A stretch of DNA of 64,000 nt from Neocallimastix sp. 'constans'. Lineage: Eukaryota. Positions 14,141 through 35,687 of the stretch are shown here, piece after piece. The translations under genes were made by a program, and so were the position numbers. Location: positions 310,001-374,000 of the forward strand of contig JBODTK010000100.1 in NCBI GenBank assembly GCA_050613775.1, written 5' to 3'. Under the pieces are notes generated by a model that was not told the DNA's origin, ran no database searches, and worked only from the letters and a program-made list of their open reading frames with translations. Position 1 is the stretch's first letter; every line of letters starts with the position of its first letter.

Positions 14141-17132
14141 TTATTCAGTAGTATTTTCAGATGAAGTTCCATTTATATTCTCCGTTTTTTCCATATCTTC
14201 TGTAATATTTTCTGCTGTTGGTTCAGTATGGGTCTCAGTCACCTCCTCAGTCATAGCTCCAGTCATGACTTCAGTTATAGCCTCAGTTACGGGTTCAGTC
14301 ACGGATTCAATCACTGTTTCAGGTATGGCTTCAGATGAGGCTTCAGTTACTGGTTCAATTATCGTTTCTGTAATTTCAGTGACGACTTCTGCTGAATTTA
14401 CTATTATATTCTCCGGTTCATTCATATTTTCATTATTTTCAGTTGATAATTCTATTTGATTTCCTTCTATAATCGAATTACTGTTGACTTCATGTGCTTT
14501 TTCATTAATATTATTTATACCGCTTTTTATACTTTCTGCTTTATCATTATTTTCATTACTAAATTCACCTTCCAGAATGGTTGCATTACTTTCATTTATA
14601 CTTATTGGTTTATTGTTATTTTCTTCATTTTCTTCTACTTTTTCCTTGTTACTCTTTATACTTGCAGGTCTATTGGATGCTTTATTTTTAGTTAAACTAC
14701 TAGTACTATTTTTTGCGCTAGCAGCTCTACTAGAAGGTTTATTTTTAACTAAACTACTATTACTATTTTTTGCACTAGCAGCTCTACTAGAAGTTCTATT
14801 TTTAGTTAAACTACTAGTACTATTTTTTGCACTGGCAGCTCTACTAGAAATTTTATTTTTAACTAAACTACTAGTACTATTTTTTGCACTGGCAGCTCTA
14901 CTAGAAGTTCTATTTTTAGTTAAACTACTAGTACTATTTTTTGCACTGGCAGCTCTACCAGAAATTTTATTTTTAACTAAACTACTAGTACTATTTTTAA
15001 CACTAGTAGTATTACTCGAAGATTTCTCTTTTATTAATTTCTCTGCACTAGTTTTATCATTTTCATAATTTTTAGTTTCATCTTTTTCTATAGTGCCTTC
15101 AGTTTTTTCTTCTTCTTTTTTATCAGTTTTATCACTACTATTTTCTATTTTATCTTCTTTCTCAACATCAATTGAGTTATCTGTGCTTTCATCGTTTCGA
15201 TTATTTTTACTAATTTCTTTAATTTCACTAATTTTACTAATTTCAGCTATTTCTTTAATTTCACTGATTTCATTATTTTCATTACTTTCATTTATTTCAT
15301 TTATTTCATTATTTTCAATATTTTCATTAATTTCTTTATTTTCAGTTACTTCCTTATTTTCAGTTATTTCTTCAGTTATTTCAATACTTTTGTTTATTTC
15401 ATTATTTTCAATTATTTCATTACTTTCAATTATTTCATTATTAATATTTTCAATATTTTCAATATTTTCATTAATTTCTTTATTTTCAGTTACTTCCTTA
15501 TTTTCGGTTATTTCTTCAGTTATTTCAATACTTTTGTTTATTTCATTATTTTCAATTATTTCATTATTTTCAATTATTTCATTATTAATATTTTCACTAA
15601 TTTCTTTATTTTCAGTTTCTTCCTTATTTTCAGTTACTTCCTTATTTTCAGTTACTCCCTTATTTTCAGTTATTTCTTCAGTTATTTCTATACTTTTGTT
15701 TATTTCATTATTTTCAATTATTTCATTATTTTCAATTATTTTATTATTTTCAATTATTTCATTATTTTCAACTATTAAATTATTTAAATCATCAATATCA
15801 GAAACAATAATATCTTTCTCAATATTTTCAGTATCTGTTTTTTTATCAAAATCGGGATTATTTTGTATATTCTCTATTACAACATCATTAGTATTTTCTT
15901 CAATTTCATTCATTGTTAATTCAAAATCTAAAGGAGGATTTTCTGAAATATCAGGAATAATAATATTTTCTACATTATCATGGTTGTTTTCTTCAGATTT
16001 ATTCGTTGTATAAAAATCAAAGAAATCAGTAACATTATTAACATTGTAAGAATTTAAATTATTCTTATCTGATAGAGGATCAATACTGTTTTTATCATTA
16101 ATCTTATCTTCTCTTTCTTCCTCTATATTAATTTCTTCTAATTGAATATCATTGGTATCATTTATTTTTGTTTCAGAATTATTGTCGTTATCTTCTTTTT
16201 CAGTATCATTATTTTTTAATTCACTGTTAATATCGTCAAAGTCGTTTTCATATCCATAATTTTCATTATCGTTTTCATTTTTATTATTATTTGTATTATT
16301 TTCACTTTTATTTTCATTATTTTCACTTTTATTTTCATTATTTTCATTATTTTCATTATTTTTATTTAGTTTTTCTTTTATATTATTAATAGATGTTGTT
16401 AAATATTTCCCCCCCTCTTCATCATTTAATTCTTTAGTTGTTTCTAGCGCTTTTTCATAATACTCTAATGCTTCTTGGTATTTATTTAATCGATCTTTTA
16501 ATCAATTTAATAAATATTAATAAATAAAGAAAGTGTATATCAAAATTATTTATAATAATATATATATATATTTAAATTAATAAAAAATAAGACAATTTAA
16601 ATAATTATATTTATATAACAATAACAACTACAATAATAATAATAAAAATATTAATATTTAGAAATAGAATAAAAAATATATTATTTACTGTATGTTTGTC
16701 CACAAAGAACACGTGATGCTAACAGCCAATTTAAATTATTGATAGATTGAGCAATTTCAAGTGAAGTTTTACCATATTCTAAAGCCTTATCGTAATCTTC
16801 AAGATTTAAATAACAACGACCAATGTCATGATTAAGCCATGCCATTTCTATTTCTTTAATCTTTAATTTTTCTTTTTCTTCGTCATCTAATTCCTCAATT
16901 TTATCTTTTTCTTGTTTATAACTATTAATCATATCTAGTTTTTCTATCCAAACTTGAATAGCTTCATTATATAATTTCATTTTAATATATATTCTTCCAA
17001 TATTACCAAGAGCACGTGAATAATATTCGCTTAAAAGACCATCTTTTGCAACATTTAAATCTATACGTTATATATGTTTAATGTAAAAAAAAAATAAAAT
17101 TTAGATTATTAGTTAATTTATTAATACTTATA

Positions 17133-17184
<52 letters not shown>

Positions 17185-18413
17185 CTATTGAAAGTTTATT
17201 TTCCAATCATCTATTTTTTTAGCATTATATTAACAACTAATAATAAAATACCTCTTTTAAAGCAATCAAATGCTTCTTTATATTTTTTGGTTTCCATATA
17301 GCAAATACCCATACTATTATAGTAATTACATAACACATTATTTTTATCAGGAATTTCATTCATACTTGTTAATTTTTCAGAGAATTCTTTACCAACAATA
17401 ATGGCTTTATCAAACTTTCTATTTTGTATATCTAAATTATTTAAATATATATAAATATATTATGTTTACTTTTCATAAATTTAAATATAATGATATACCA
17501 GAATATAAGAGTAAGAAATATTTATTTATAATTTCAATATCATTAGATTCTTCATTATTTGTTTTAGGCCTATATTATGATAGGATATAGTTATAATATA
17601 TGAAATAAAATAAAATGACAATATTAGTATTATATATATAAAATAAAAATAAAAATAAAAATAGAAATAGAAATAAAAAAAAAATAATAATTACTTATTT
17701 GAAAGAACATCTGATGATACGTCATTTTTGTATGTGGGTGGATATAATCTTTTAAGTTTGATAGGTTTTCCAAGACTGCCTTTTCTTTTTTCCTGGGATT
17801 GTTTTCCCTTTTTATCAATATATGCTTTATTTTGTAAATAAATTCTTCTGGCTTCATACTGACTATGTTCTTTTTTCCTAGAATAAATTGGCTTTTGTTG
17901 ACGCCAAAATTCAGTTCTGCTATCAAAAAATTCCAAGCCTTGATCAATAATTTTTTGAATATTTTCATTTGGAAATTCATTTAAATCTTTTTTAATATAT
18001 TTAATAATGAAATACATAATTATTATGAATATTAATATTTATATTAGCATTATTTTTGATATCTAATTGAATATATATATATATATATATATATTATACC
18101 ATTAATTACTTATTTTAAATTAACTATTACCTTTATCATTCTTTAATAATTCAAAATATTTTTTATCTTCATAGAGTTCGCCAAGTAATTTTTTAATATT
18201 CATGTCATTTTCTTTCTTTTTTCTTAATAATAATAATAATTGATCATTTTTATCAGTAATCGATTTTGGTTTTATAGCATTTTCAGAAACTATTGGTGTA
18301 TGTGAAGATGTAGATGATATATTATCTTTATCTTTTTTCCATTTAGGTATCTTATATAATTTTGGATCTATTTTTACAAACAATTTAACATACAATTTTA
18401 ACAAAATATATAA

Positions 18414-18444
<31 letters not shown>

Positions 18445-19303
18445 TTAATTTTATTTTAATAAAAATAATTGATTTTTTGTCTAATATAAAAAAAAATTAT
18501 TGTAATGGTACCACCAATTGAATTATTAATAGCTTCTTTAGCTTTTTGTATACCAAGTCTAAATTCATTGAGTTCTGGACGTAGCTTATTTCCTCTATGA
18601 TAATAAACTAATGCCATCTCAAAATCTCCTCGAGCGTAAAGGGCCTCAGCTTTTCGAAAAATACCCTTTTTTATTTATTTTAGTAAAAAAAGCAAAAGAA
18701 ATATAATATCAACAACAACAACGACAATAACAGCAACAACAACAGCAATAGCAACAATTATAGTAATAAATAAAATAATTAATATTTTTTATTACAAATT
18801 TGAAATAGATACAATTTAAATATAATTATTAATACCCTAAAGAAATCTTTATCATCTTTAAGAGAACTATTAGCATCTTCTAATGATTTTTCAACATCAC
18901 CACTTTTTAAATAACAATATGAACGAGCAACTAAACAATTTTTATCTTCATATCTAATTGATAATGCCTTATTTTATTTTATAATAAATATATATATATA
19001 TATATTTTTTTTTGTTTTTATAATAAAACAATTAATTAATAAGTTATTAGAATTAGTTATAATTTTACATAATAATATTAATCTTTTATGATGGTGATTA
19101 TCATTATTTTTATTATTTATAATTAATTTATTTTTTTTTTTTATAAAAAACTTCACTTTTGTAAAGGCATCAATAGCTTTTTTAAAATCTCCTTGTCGTT
19201 TTAAGTTGGTTCCTTCAGCAAATAATGAATGAAAATTTAATTCACAATGAAATTCCTCGTCGATAATAGTAGTTTTATTTGGATCGACATCCACTTCAGT
19301 CAT
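14141..19303 (-). CDS. TTC25: TPR protein of the outer dynein arm docking complex (TTC25/ODAD4 family), multi-exon, with a long acidic/repetitive C-terminus
   Basis: Spliced translation contains CLVARSYCYLKVGD, KAEALYARGDFEMALVYYHRGNKLRPELNEFRLGIQKAKEAINNSIG, LLGELYEDKKY, SRTEFWRQQKPIYSRK and AWLNHDIGRCYL. Last exon ~14141-16494. Confidence 0.88.
14660..15010 (-). repeat. Coding 54-bp (18-aa) tandem repeat, SSRAASAKNSTSSL(T/V)KN
   Basis: About 5-6 units visible in ORF 14141..15913. Confidence 0.9.
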
Positions 19304-20995
19304 TTTTTTTTATTAATAAAGTTAAAAAAAATTAATTGATTTATATTCAATATAGATATACTATGTAACTTTTTTTTTGTATTATTTTAGTTTTTTTTCT
19401 TTGAACAATTATTATGATAATAAGTTAAGTAATATAGATTAAATGTTCACTTTTATATAAATAATTAAATAACTAATAGTGCTTATTAAAATTTAACATA
19501 TTAATATTTTAAAGATCTAATATAAATAATTAAAAAGTATTAATATAAAGCAAAACTTTTAATGAATATAAAATATTCGCTTTATTGGAATGAATCCTAA
19601 TATTATTTTTTTAATCTATTTTTTCATTATTAAATCGAATGCTCGTGGTAAATGAATAAATATAAATTCCACTTTATCTTGTTCTTTAACTTTTGTTTTT
19701 TTGTATTGTTATTTTAAAGATAAAAAATTTACTGCTTTATAAAAATTAGTTTTTAGAGTTATAAGAAATTATCATTTTTTTTTTTTTTTAATTTAAATGA
19801 AAATTTTATAGTAATTAAAGTTTGATTTTTATGGTAAAAAGGAAAAACTTGAAATAATATAATAAATAAGGTTTTTTTTATCATCAATAATAAATACAAA
19901 ACAAAACAAAACTGAAAATTATATGTTGTATATTTAATTATTTATATTAATAAAATTATGAAAAAGTAGGTTTTATTTTTTATTTTTTACTTTATCTTTT
20001 ATTTATTTATTTAATTTTTTTTCCTTTTTTTTTAATATTTGATCTTTTTTATATATCTAAGGAGTTATAATTGATCAATATAATTTTTATTTTATTTTAT
20101 TTTATTACTTTTTAGTATTATATAAATATTTTAGTAAATGATAAATATAAAATTAATATAAAAATTTTACAATTATATTTAAAATCAAAAAATGTTTTTA
20201 TATTAAACATTATTATAATGATAATTAGTAATGATTTTAAATATTTTAATTAAAAATGAAACAATCATTCATCCTGGAGTATAAGATAGCTATAAAGAGA
20301 ATATTTGTTTGTTACTGATATATCATATTTAATTTAAATTCATTTACATAGTTTTTATAATTATTAGTTTATATTATTTATTAAGTTTAACAATTGTAAA
20401 AAAGTTAAAAAAAATTCATTCAACACTATAATATTATTGAAAAATTATATGAATTTTATTTATAAATACTTTTATTCTCAAATGGTATATTGTACATACA
20501 TTAATCTTAAACAGTAATGTATATGTAATCAAACAAAATTAAAAATTTATATTTATAATTAAATGCAATTTAATATGAAATTTATTTTTAATAATTATGC
20601 AAAAAATTTATGTTTATTTGATGAATGGTTAAATATAGTCCAATCATTATACTTCATTAAAATTTATATTATAATTTTTTTTTTTTATTTTGGAATATCT
20701 GTTCTAATATTAAGGTAAAGAAAAAGGAAAGGAGAAAAAAAAAGGAAATTTATAAATACAAAAACTAAAATAAAATAAAATGAAAAAATTTTACTTATTA
20801 AATATAAGTAGAGAAGAAAAAAAATAAAATAAATAAATAAAATAAAATAGAAAAGAAAAGAAATAAAAAAAAAATAAATATATATTTTTATGTAATAAAT
20901 AAAATGGATAAAAATATATGAGTGTGAGTAAATATAAATTAATATAAAAATGAAAAAAAAAAAAATGAAGATTTGAAAATTTCATATTTAAAAAA

Positions 20996-21085
20996 ATTCT
21001 GAATGATGTTCAAAAATATATTTGCTACTTCAGAGGGGGTCGCGCCCCAATGAGACAAATAATACCATAATTACTGACGAATTTT
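20996..21085 (+). ncRNA. snR24: Box C/D snoRNA U24/snR24 homolog, copy 1
   Basis: C box ATGATGT (21003), guide ATATTTGCTACTT + D' CAGA, GGGG/CCCC internal hairpin, C' ATGAGA, D box CTGA (21074), terminal stem aaaaaattc/gaatttttt. Matches my recollection of yeast snR24 (ATATTTGCTACTTCAGA...AATGAGACA). Confidence 0.9.
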
Positions 21086-21262
21086 TTAGAAAATATGAAT
21101 ATTTAATATTTTATTGTTTTAAAAGAGTGATTATTGATCAATTCATTTTATAAATATATTAATAGGAAAGATGAAATAATATATATATATAATGGTAGAA
21201 AAATTTTTAATTTTTAAAACAATAGAAGAAAGGTAAATATTGTGAAATACTTAAAATTTTTT

Positions 21263-21358
21263 TAAAAATCAGAATGATGTTTAAAAATATATTTGCTACT
21301 TCAGAGGGGGTCGCGCCCCAATGAGACAAATAATCCACATTTACTGACGATTTTTAAA
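21263..21358 (+). ncRNA. snR24: Box C/D snoRNA U24/snR24 homolog, copy 2
   Basis: Same core as copy 1. C box at 21274, D box at 21344, different terminal stem tttaaaaatc/gatttttaaa. Confidence 0.9.
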
Positions 21359-22457
21359 AATATTCAAAATAAATTTAAATAAAAATTTTGAATTTATTTA
21401 AAAATATTTAAACTAATAAATATTTTTTTATTATAATATTTAGGTGAGCAATTTAAACTTAATATTGATATAATATAATATGCTTATATTAAATAAATAA
21501 GATTTAATAAATAATTAAATACATATATTAATAATGTATATATATAAATATAAATAAAATAATAAATAAAATAATAAATAAAAAAATAAATAAAAAAATA
21601 AAAATAAAAATACAAAAAGTTTTGTGTTATTAAACGGTACCATTATGTTAATATTGTTGGTGAAAAAAATATAAACGATCTATTATAAATATGCTTTATA
21701 ATTTTAAAAAAGGATTAAAAAGTAAAATTTATTTTTGAAAGGAGAATATTGAATTCTTATTTATTTTTTTTGTGTATATTGCATTTGGAGAATAATTACA
21801 ATATTAAATATAAGATATTGAAATATTTTAAACACCAATTTATAAAAGAAAAAGACAAATTTTTAATATAAATTTTTAAAAAATTTGAAAATTAAAATAT
21901 AAAATTTTAATTATAATAATATAAAAATATATTTAATATAAAATATTTATATTTTTAATTAATATTTTAAATCTTTTTTTTTATATAATATATTAAAAAT
22001 AAAAAAATTAATTAAAAATAGAAATAATTATAAATTTGAATTTTTTTATTTGAAATAGTATTTTTTTATATTAATAATAATAAAAAAAAGTGATGTAAAA
22101 TAAAAAATTTTTGAATACTCAAAATATTTATATAAAAAATGTGTTATATATATTTATATACCAATATAATATTTAATACCTACATGACTACTAAATATCA
22201 TAGATATATAAAAACAATTATAAGAACAGATAAATAAATAAATAATTAAAAAAAATAAATTGGAAATTTAGAAATTTCATAAAAAGTTTTTTTTTTTTAA
22301 AAGAACAAAATTTTTGAAAATAAAATAAAATAAAATAAAATAAAATAAAATAAAATAAAATAAAATAAAATAGAAATAATAAAATAAATACAAAATATAA
22401 TAATAATATAATAATAAAACAAAATAAATTAAATTAATAGAGAAAAAAAAGACCATA

Positions 22458-25924
<3,467 letters not shown>

Positions 25925-26380
25925 TTGAATATAATATTACTTTTCATTATATTTATTAAATAAGAGTTATGTAATTTGTAGTATGGAAGTATGAAGAATA
26001 TATGTAGTATTAATTATAAATTAAAGACTATTTAATTAAATTATAGATATGTTTAATAAAAAAATTTTTTTTTCTTTTCGTTTTTACCTAATATATTTTA
26101 ATAATTAGAGATACTTTTTTTTTTTTTTGTATATTACTTATAATAATATTTTAATATTTTTATTTTTATTTTTACTTTTATTTTATTCTTAATTTATATT
26201 CTTATTATTTTTTATTTATTTTAATTTTTTTTTTTTTTTTTAAAATATTTTCCTGGATAATTTTATTTTAATTATAAAAACAAGATTAATAATCATAAAT
26301 TTATTATAAAAAAAAGAAAAGAAAAAATTAATATATGTAATGCCTAATATTAATATTAAATAATAATAATAACATAAATA

Positions 26381-26446
<66 letters not shown>

Positions 26447-27337
26447 AAAAAATAATACTATTTTTACACATTCAATAAGAACAGATATTATTTATTGATT
26501 TTAGGAATTTTTTTTAATAATTATTTTACTTATTTATTTATAGATATTTAATAATTTTTATTATTATTTAATTTATTTTTTATTTTATTTTATTTAATTT
26601 ATTTATTTTTATTTTATTTTATTTTTATTTTATTTTATTTTATTTTATTTTTATTTTATTTTTATTTTAATTTTTTTTTTTTTTTTTTTTTTTTTTTCAA
26701 ATAATATGTTTAATTTTCACTTTTATTTATGGAGCAAAAATTAACATTTTTCTATATTGATTTTTCATTTGAATTTTTCTACAATAAAATATAATAAAAT
26801 AAAATAACAATATATATAATTAAAATTATTTATTATAATTTATTATTTTATTATTATTTTATTTTTTATTTAAAGAAAAATTCTAATTAAATATATATAA
26901 ATTATTATGTTAAAATTTCGAATTTATTTTTTTTTTTTTTAATTTGATATATATTATTATTGACTAAAATATTTATAATTAAAGTTTTTTTTTTTTTGAT
27001 TAATCATATATTTTGTTTTATATGTTATTATACTGTTGTTTATTAATAAAAATTATTAAATTTGGAATTAATTAAATCATGAAGGATATATATGTATTTA
27101 TTATTATTTTTTTATGTCTTGTAAAAAAAGTTCTATTTAAATTTTTTTTTTTTTTTTTAAATTTTTTTAAATTTTTTTTTTAAATTTTTTTTTTAAGTAT
27201 AGTTCTTTAATTTTATATAAATACTTTCAATAAATTTATATAGTTTACTGGTATATAAAATATTGATTTTTTTTTGTTATAATTATAATTAGTCGATTAC
27301 TACTTATATATATATATTTTTGTTTTTATTTCTATTC

Positions 27338-30923
<3,586 letters not shown>

Positions 30924-31401
30924 TATAATATTAATAATTTATATACTATAAATGAAGAATTTAAGAAATTAAATAATTTTTTTTTTTTAAATTTTTACTT
31001 TTTTTTTTTTCTTTTAGATTTTTTTCCAAACCAATTACAAAATTAAGTTTAATATCAATATATTAAAATATATTGTATACTAAAATATAATATATATCAT
31101 ACATATATAATAATATACTTTTGGGTACAAATAAAATTTGATGTAAATATATAATATATTAATTGAATAAATATTTATTAAAAATATTTATATTTATATA
31201 TTTAACTCATATAATATTATATATGATGAATCATATTGAAAATTGACATGTTTTAAATCAATAAAATTTTTATTATTTCATTTTACTTTTAAGAAAATAG
31301 AAGTATTACGAAAATAAGAAATAAATAAAATAACGTATAAATAATTAATAGCTATAATTCATTTTTTATTTATTTATTTTATATTATTATTTATATTGTT
31401 A

Positions 31402-31464
<63 letters not shown>

Positions 31465-32701
31465 ATACATTAAACAACAAACATAATTTAAACAATAAAA
31501 TTATTAGCAAATAAAAAGAAAAGGAAAATTGGTTAAATTTTTTTTATGTATAAATTTTTTTTAAAAGCGTCTATCAAAAAAAATAAATAATAAATAATAA
31601 ATAATAAATAATAAATAATAAATAATAAATAATAAATAATAAATAATAAATAATAAATAATGAATTATAAATAAAACTTCTTAATATTAATGGTGATGAG
31701 TAGGTATAATAATATCAAATATAAACTTCAACATTATTTATATTTATATTTATATTTACTTAAAGTTAATGAAAGTAGTTAAAAAGTCATCGGAATAAAA
31801 TGACCTTTATTTAAAACTTTTTTTTTAAAAAAATATAGTATATAATATATAATATAATAACATAAAAAAAAAAGGGTGTAAAAAAATAATCATAAATAAT
31901 AAACTATATTATTAATTAATAATATATAAATGAACAAACAAGCATATAAATAAATAAATATTAATTAAATAAATATTAAATGAATAAATATTGTATAATT
32001 AAATAAATAAATATTAAATAATTAAATAATTAATAAAACTAATATTCAAAACTCTTAATATATTAATTAAAAATTAAGAGAAAAAAAAGGAGAAAATATA
32101 TAATTTAATATATTATCATTTCTATTATATAAATATTTCATATAGTTTATAATTTATATATAAAAAAAAAAGAAGAGATATAAAGATGGTAATAAAATTT
32201 TTGTATTATTTGAAAAGATAGAAATTGAATTCAAATTACCGAAGAAAAAGAGAAGGCAAAGCATGAGATGCTATTAATTATAATAAAATAATAAGTAGTT
32301 AATACTTCATTATTAAATTTATCTTATTAGTTAATCAATTAGTTAATAATTTACATGAAAAACGTTTTTTTTTTTTTTTTTGTAAAGATTAATATATTTA
32401 TCTTAATTTCTTATTAATATTAATATACTAATATATTAATATATATTCTATTTATATTGAATCTAAAAATATAATTAATATAATTTAATTTATATATTAA
32501 ATATGTAATATTAATATATATTTTTTATTTTTTATTAAATCAACTAACTTTAAAATTTATTATATAAAAATTTATAATAAATTGATAACTTTTTATTTTT
32601 TTTTATAGAATATAAAAATTATTTCAAATATGAGAAATATATTATTATTTAAATATATTAATTTATTTTTTTTTTTAATTTTAAACAATTTCAAATACCT
32701 C

Positions 32702-32736
<35 letters not shown>

Positions 32737-32954
32737 ATTAAAGGGTATGTTTTTTTACTTTATTTTAAAAGTTAAATAATAAAATATTTGCTTCATCAAT
32801 AAAATTATTTGAACTTCAATATTTGAACTTTAATTTTATTGAGTATTTGATATAAATAGTAAATAGTATTACTTCTTTTATAATAAATATTATATTTGAT
32901 TTGATTTTTTTTTTTTTTTTTAATTTATAAAATAACTATTAAATAATTAATTAT

Positions 32955-32995
<41 letters not shown>

Positions 32996-33237
32996 TTGTG
33001 TGATTATATAAAATATAATAAATGATTATATTTTAGTATTTAAGATAAAAAAAATTAAATTGATTTAAATAAATATATATATATAAAGAATTATTTTTTC
33101 TAAAAAAATTATATATATTATACATATTTTTATAAAATATAACAATAACAATAATAACAATAATAATAATAATAAAAATTATGATTATATAAATTTCATT
33201 TCATATTATTATTATTGTTGTTGTTAATTCATTTCTT

Positions 33238-35587
33238 TTATTCCTCATCTTCATCTTCTATTTCTATTTCACCAAAAGTACTTGACTTTGTTGGTTTAGC
33301 TTCTAACTCTTCCTTTGTTAAACTGTACAAACCAACTGGGTATTTAGGTGTGAAATTCTTCATAAATTCAATAAGGAAATTAATCATTTGTTGAAATTCC
33401 TAAATATATTATTATTTGAATATATATATATGGTGAGAGAAAAATAAAAAAAAAAAATAATTAATTAAAAAGTTATAAAGTTAACAAATAATTTATATCG
33501 AAATTAGATTTTTTTTAATTAAATGTTTTTTTTTTTTTTTTTTTTTTTATTTTTATTTTTATTTTTTTTTTAATTTTATTTATTAAACAAACTAAATTAA
33601 TTAAATCATAGTAATAAATAAATAAATAAATAAATATAATTAATAAAAAAAAAAAAAACTAGAAATTAAAAATTTAAAAATTTAATAACTTACTAATAAA
33701 AATCCATCATGACCATCTTCAGATTGAATAATATGCATATCTGCTTTAATAATATTTTCTGCAATTTCATTTTGTTCTGAAATACTGAAAAGACCATCTG
33801 TTTCAATACCAACTACTAAGACATTTTGTTCAATAGAATGTAAAGCCTCAGCAACGGTTTCAAAACGATCACGAGCAATATCATGACAGTCCAATTTACG
33901 AGTTAAAGCAATATAACAATTAGCGTCAAATCTTTTTACAAATTTATCTCCTTGATAACGAAGATAACTTTGAGCTGAATAAACCGCTGGTTGTTGAAGA
34001 ATATTTTTTTTATTATAATTCGAACTTGGTATAGGTTTTTTCATCTTTGGATCGTTTAAACGAAGAGAACCATTACCCTCATTATGAATTAATGAAGTAT
34101 GAGAACCTCCACTATTCCTGAAAGTATCCTTTATTGGCATCAATTTTCTACCAAATCTTTTTTGGAAAGAATTTCTAGATCTATAGGTTAGCAAAGCTTG
34201 AATACGTGCATTTGATAAACCAAAATCTGGACGCTAAAGTTTTATTAATAATATATAATTATTAAATAATTATATAGTATTTTTAATTTTAAATTATATC
34301 ATTATTATTTTCTTTCTTTCTTTCTTTCTTTCTTTAATTTATTTATTTATTTATTTATTATTATTATTATTATTAATATAATAATATAATAATAATATAA
34401 TTACCTTATCATCAGTATAATAACCATTTTCTTTAAATATATATTTATATATTTTAATTATTTAAATGAATTTTATTTATAAATGAGTATGAAATATTAT
34501 TAAACATATATTAATTACTATAGATTAAAATAAATGAAAAATTTTTATTTTTTTTTTTTTTTTGGTAATAAATTTACTGTAATTTGGATCACAGAAAATG
34601 GCTTGACGTTGAGCTTCATTCCATGAAATACCCCAAGCTGATTGATAGGCAGAAGTTGCAATAGCAACAATATTATGAACATAATCTTTACCAAAGAAAG
34701 CCCATTCCAATGCCTTAATAAAATATAATTAATAAAAAAAAAAGAAAAAAAAAGGAAAATTTAATACATAGTTTTATACAAATATATATAAATATTATTA
34801 ATAGTATTAAAAAAAGAAAGAAATTAATAAAAAAATTCAAATCTAACCTGCATTCCACCTAAAGAACCCCCAATAACGTACTCAACCGATTTAACATTTA
34901 ATTGATCTAAAATATACTTATGAATTTTAACATCATCACGAATAGTTGTTAATGGAAAGTCTGGACCATAGCGATGTCCAGTATCAGGATTTATAGTGAT
35001 GGGTGAAGCAGAACCATATGGAGAACCAAGAACATTTCCACAAAAAATAAAGAAAATTGTTGGGTCAAATGGTTTTCCTGGACCAAGTAATGGACCCCAC
35101 CTAGTACATGATATAAAACAATATTGAAAAATATTTATAAAGGATATAATATATACAATTACATAAGAATTGAATTATACATTAATAATAATAATTATTG
35201 TAATAATAATAATAAATAATAACTGATAATAAGTAATTATATAATATAATAATAAATTATAAATAATAATGAAAAATAATAATAAATATAACGATAAAAA
35301 GAAGAAAATTTACCAATCCTCCACATCACAGGAACCAGATAAGGCATGACAAATGACTAATACATTATCTCTGGTCTCATTTAATTTACCAAAAGTTTTA
35401 TAAGCAACTTGTGGTTTCTTTAAAACTTCACCGCACTCCAGCTCAAAATCTGGAATCCTGACAATAGTTTGATTATTAGGAAGGTGAAAGAAGGGGTGGG
35501 AATATTCAGAAGGGTCTTTTATTTATTTATTAATATTAAATTAGATAAAAAAAAAAAAATACTAAAATAAATATAAAGTTTTATATG

Positions 35588-35633
<46 letters not shown>

Positions 35634-35687
35634 AAAGAAATTTTATAATTATTGTATAAATTATTAAATCTTACCAATAACTTCCAT
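33238..35687 (-). CDS. MET2: Homoserine O-acetyltransferase paralog B
   Basis: Same exon structure as paralog A (MEVI|DPSE.., micro-exon NGYYTDDK). CHALSGS, GGSLGGMQ, LLTYRSRNSF, GIETDGLF, SEDGHDGFLL. Confidence 0.93.

Noticed and set aside
14265..16013. Long hydrophobic plus-strand ORFs (194 aa, 306 aa)
   Set aside because: Antisense shadows of the repetitive TTC25 last exon.
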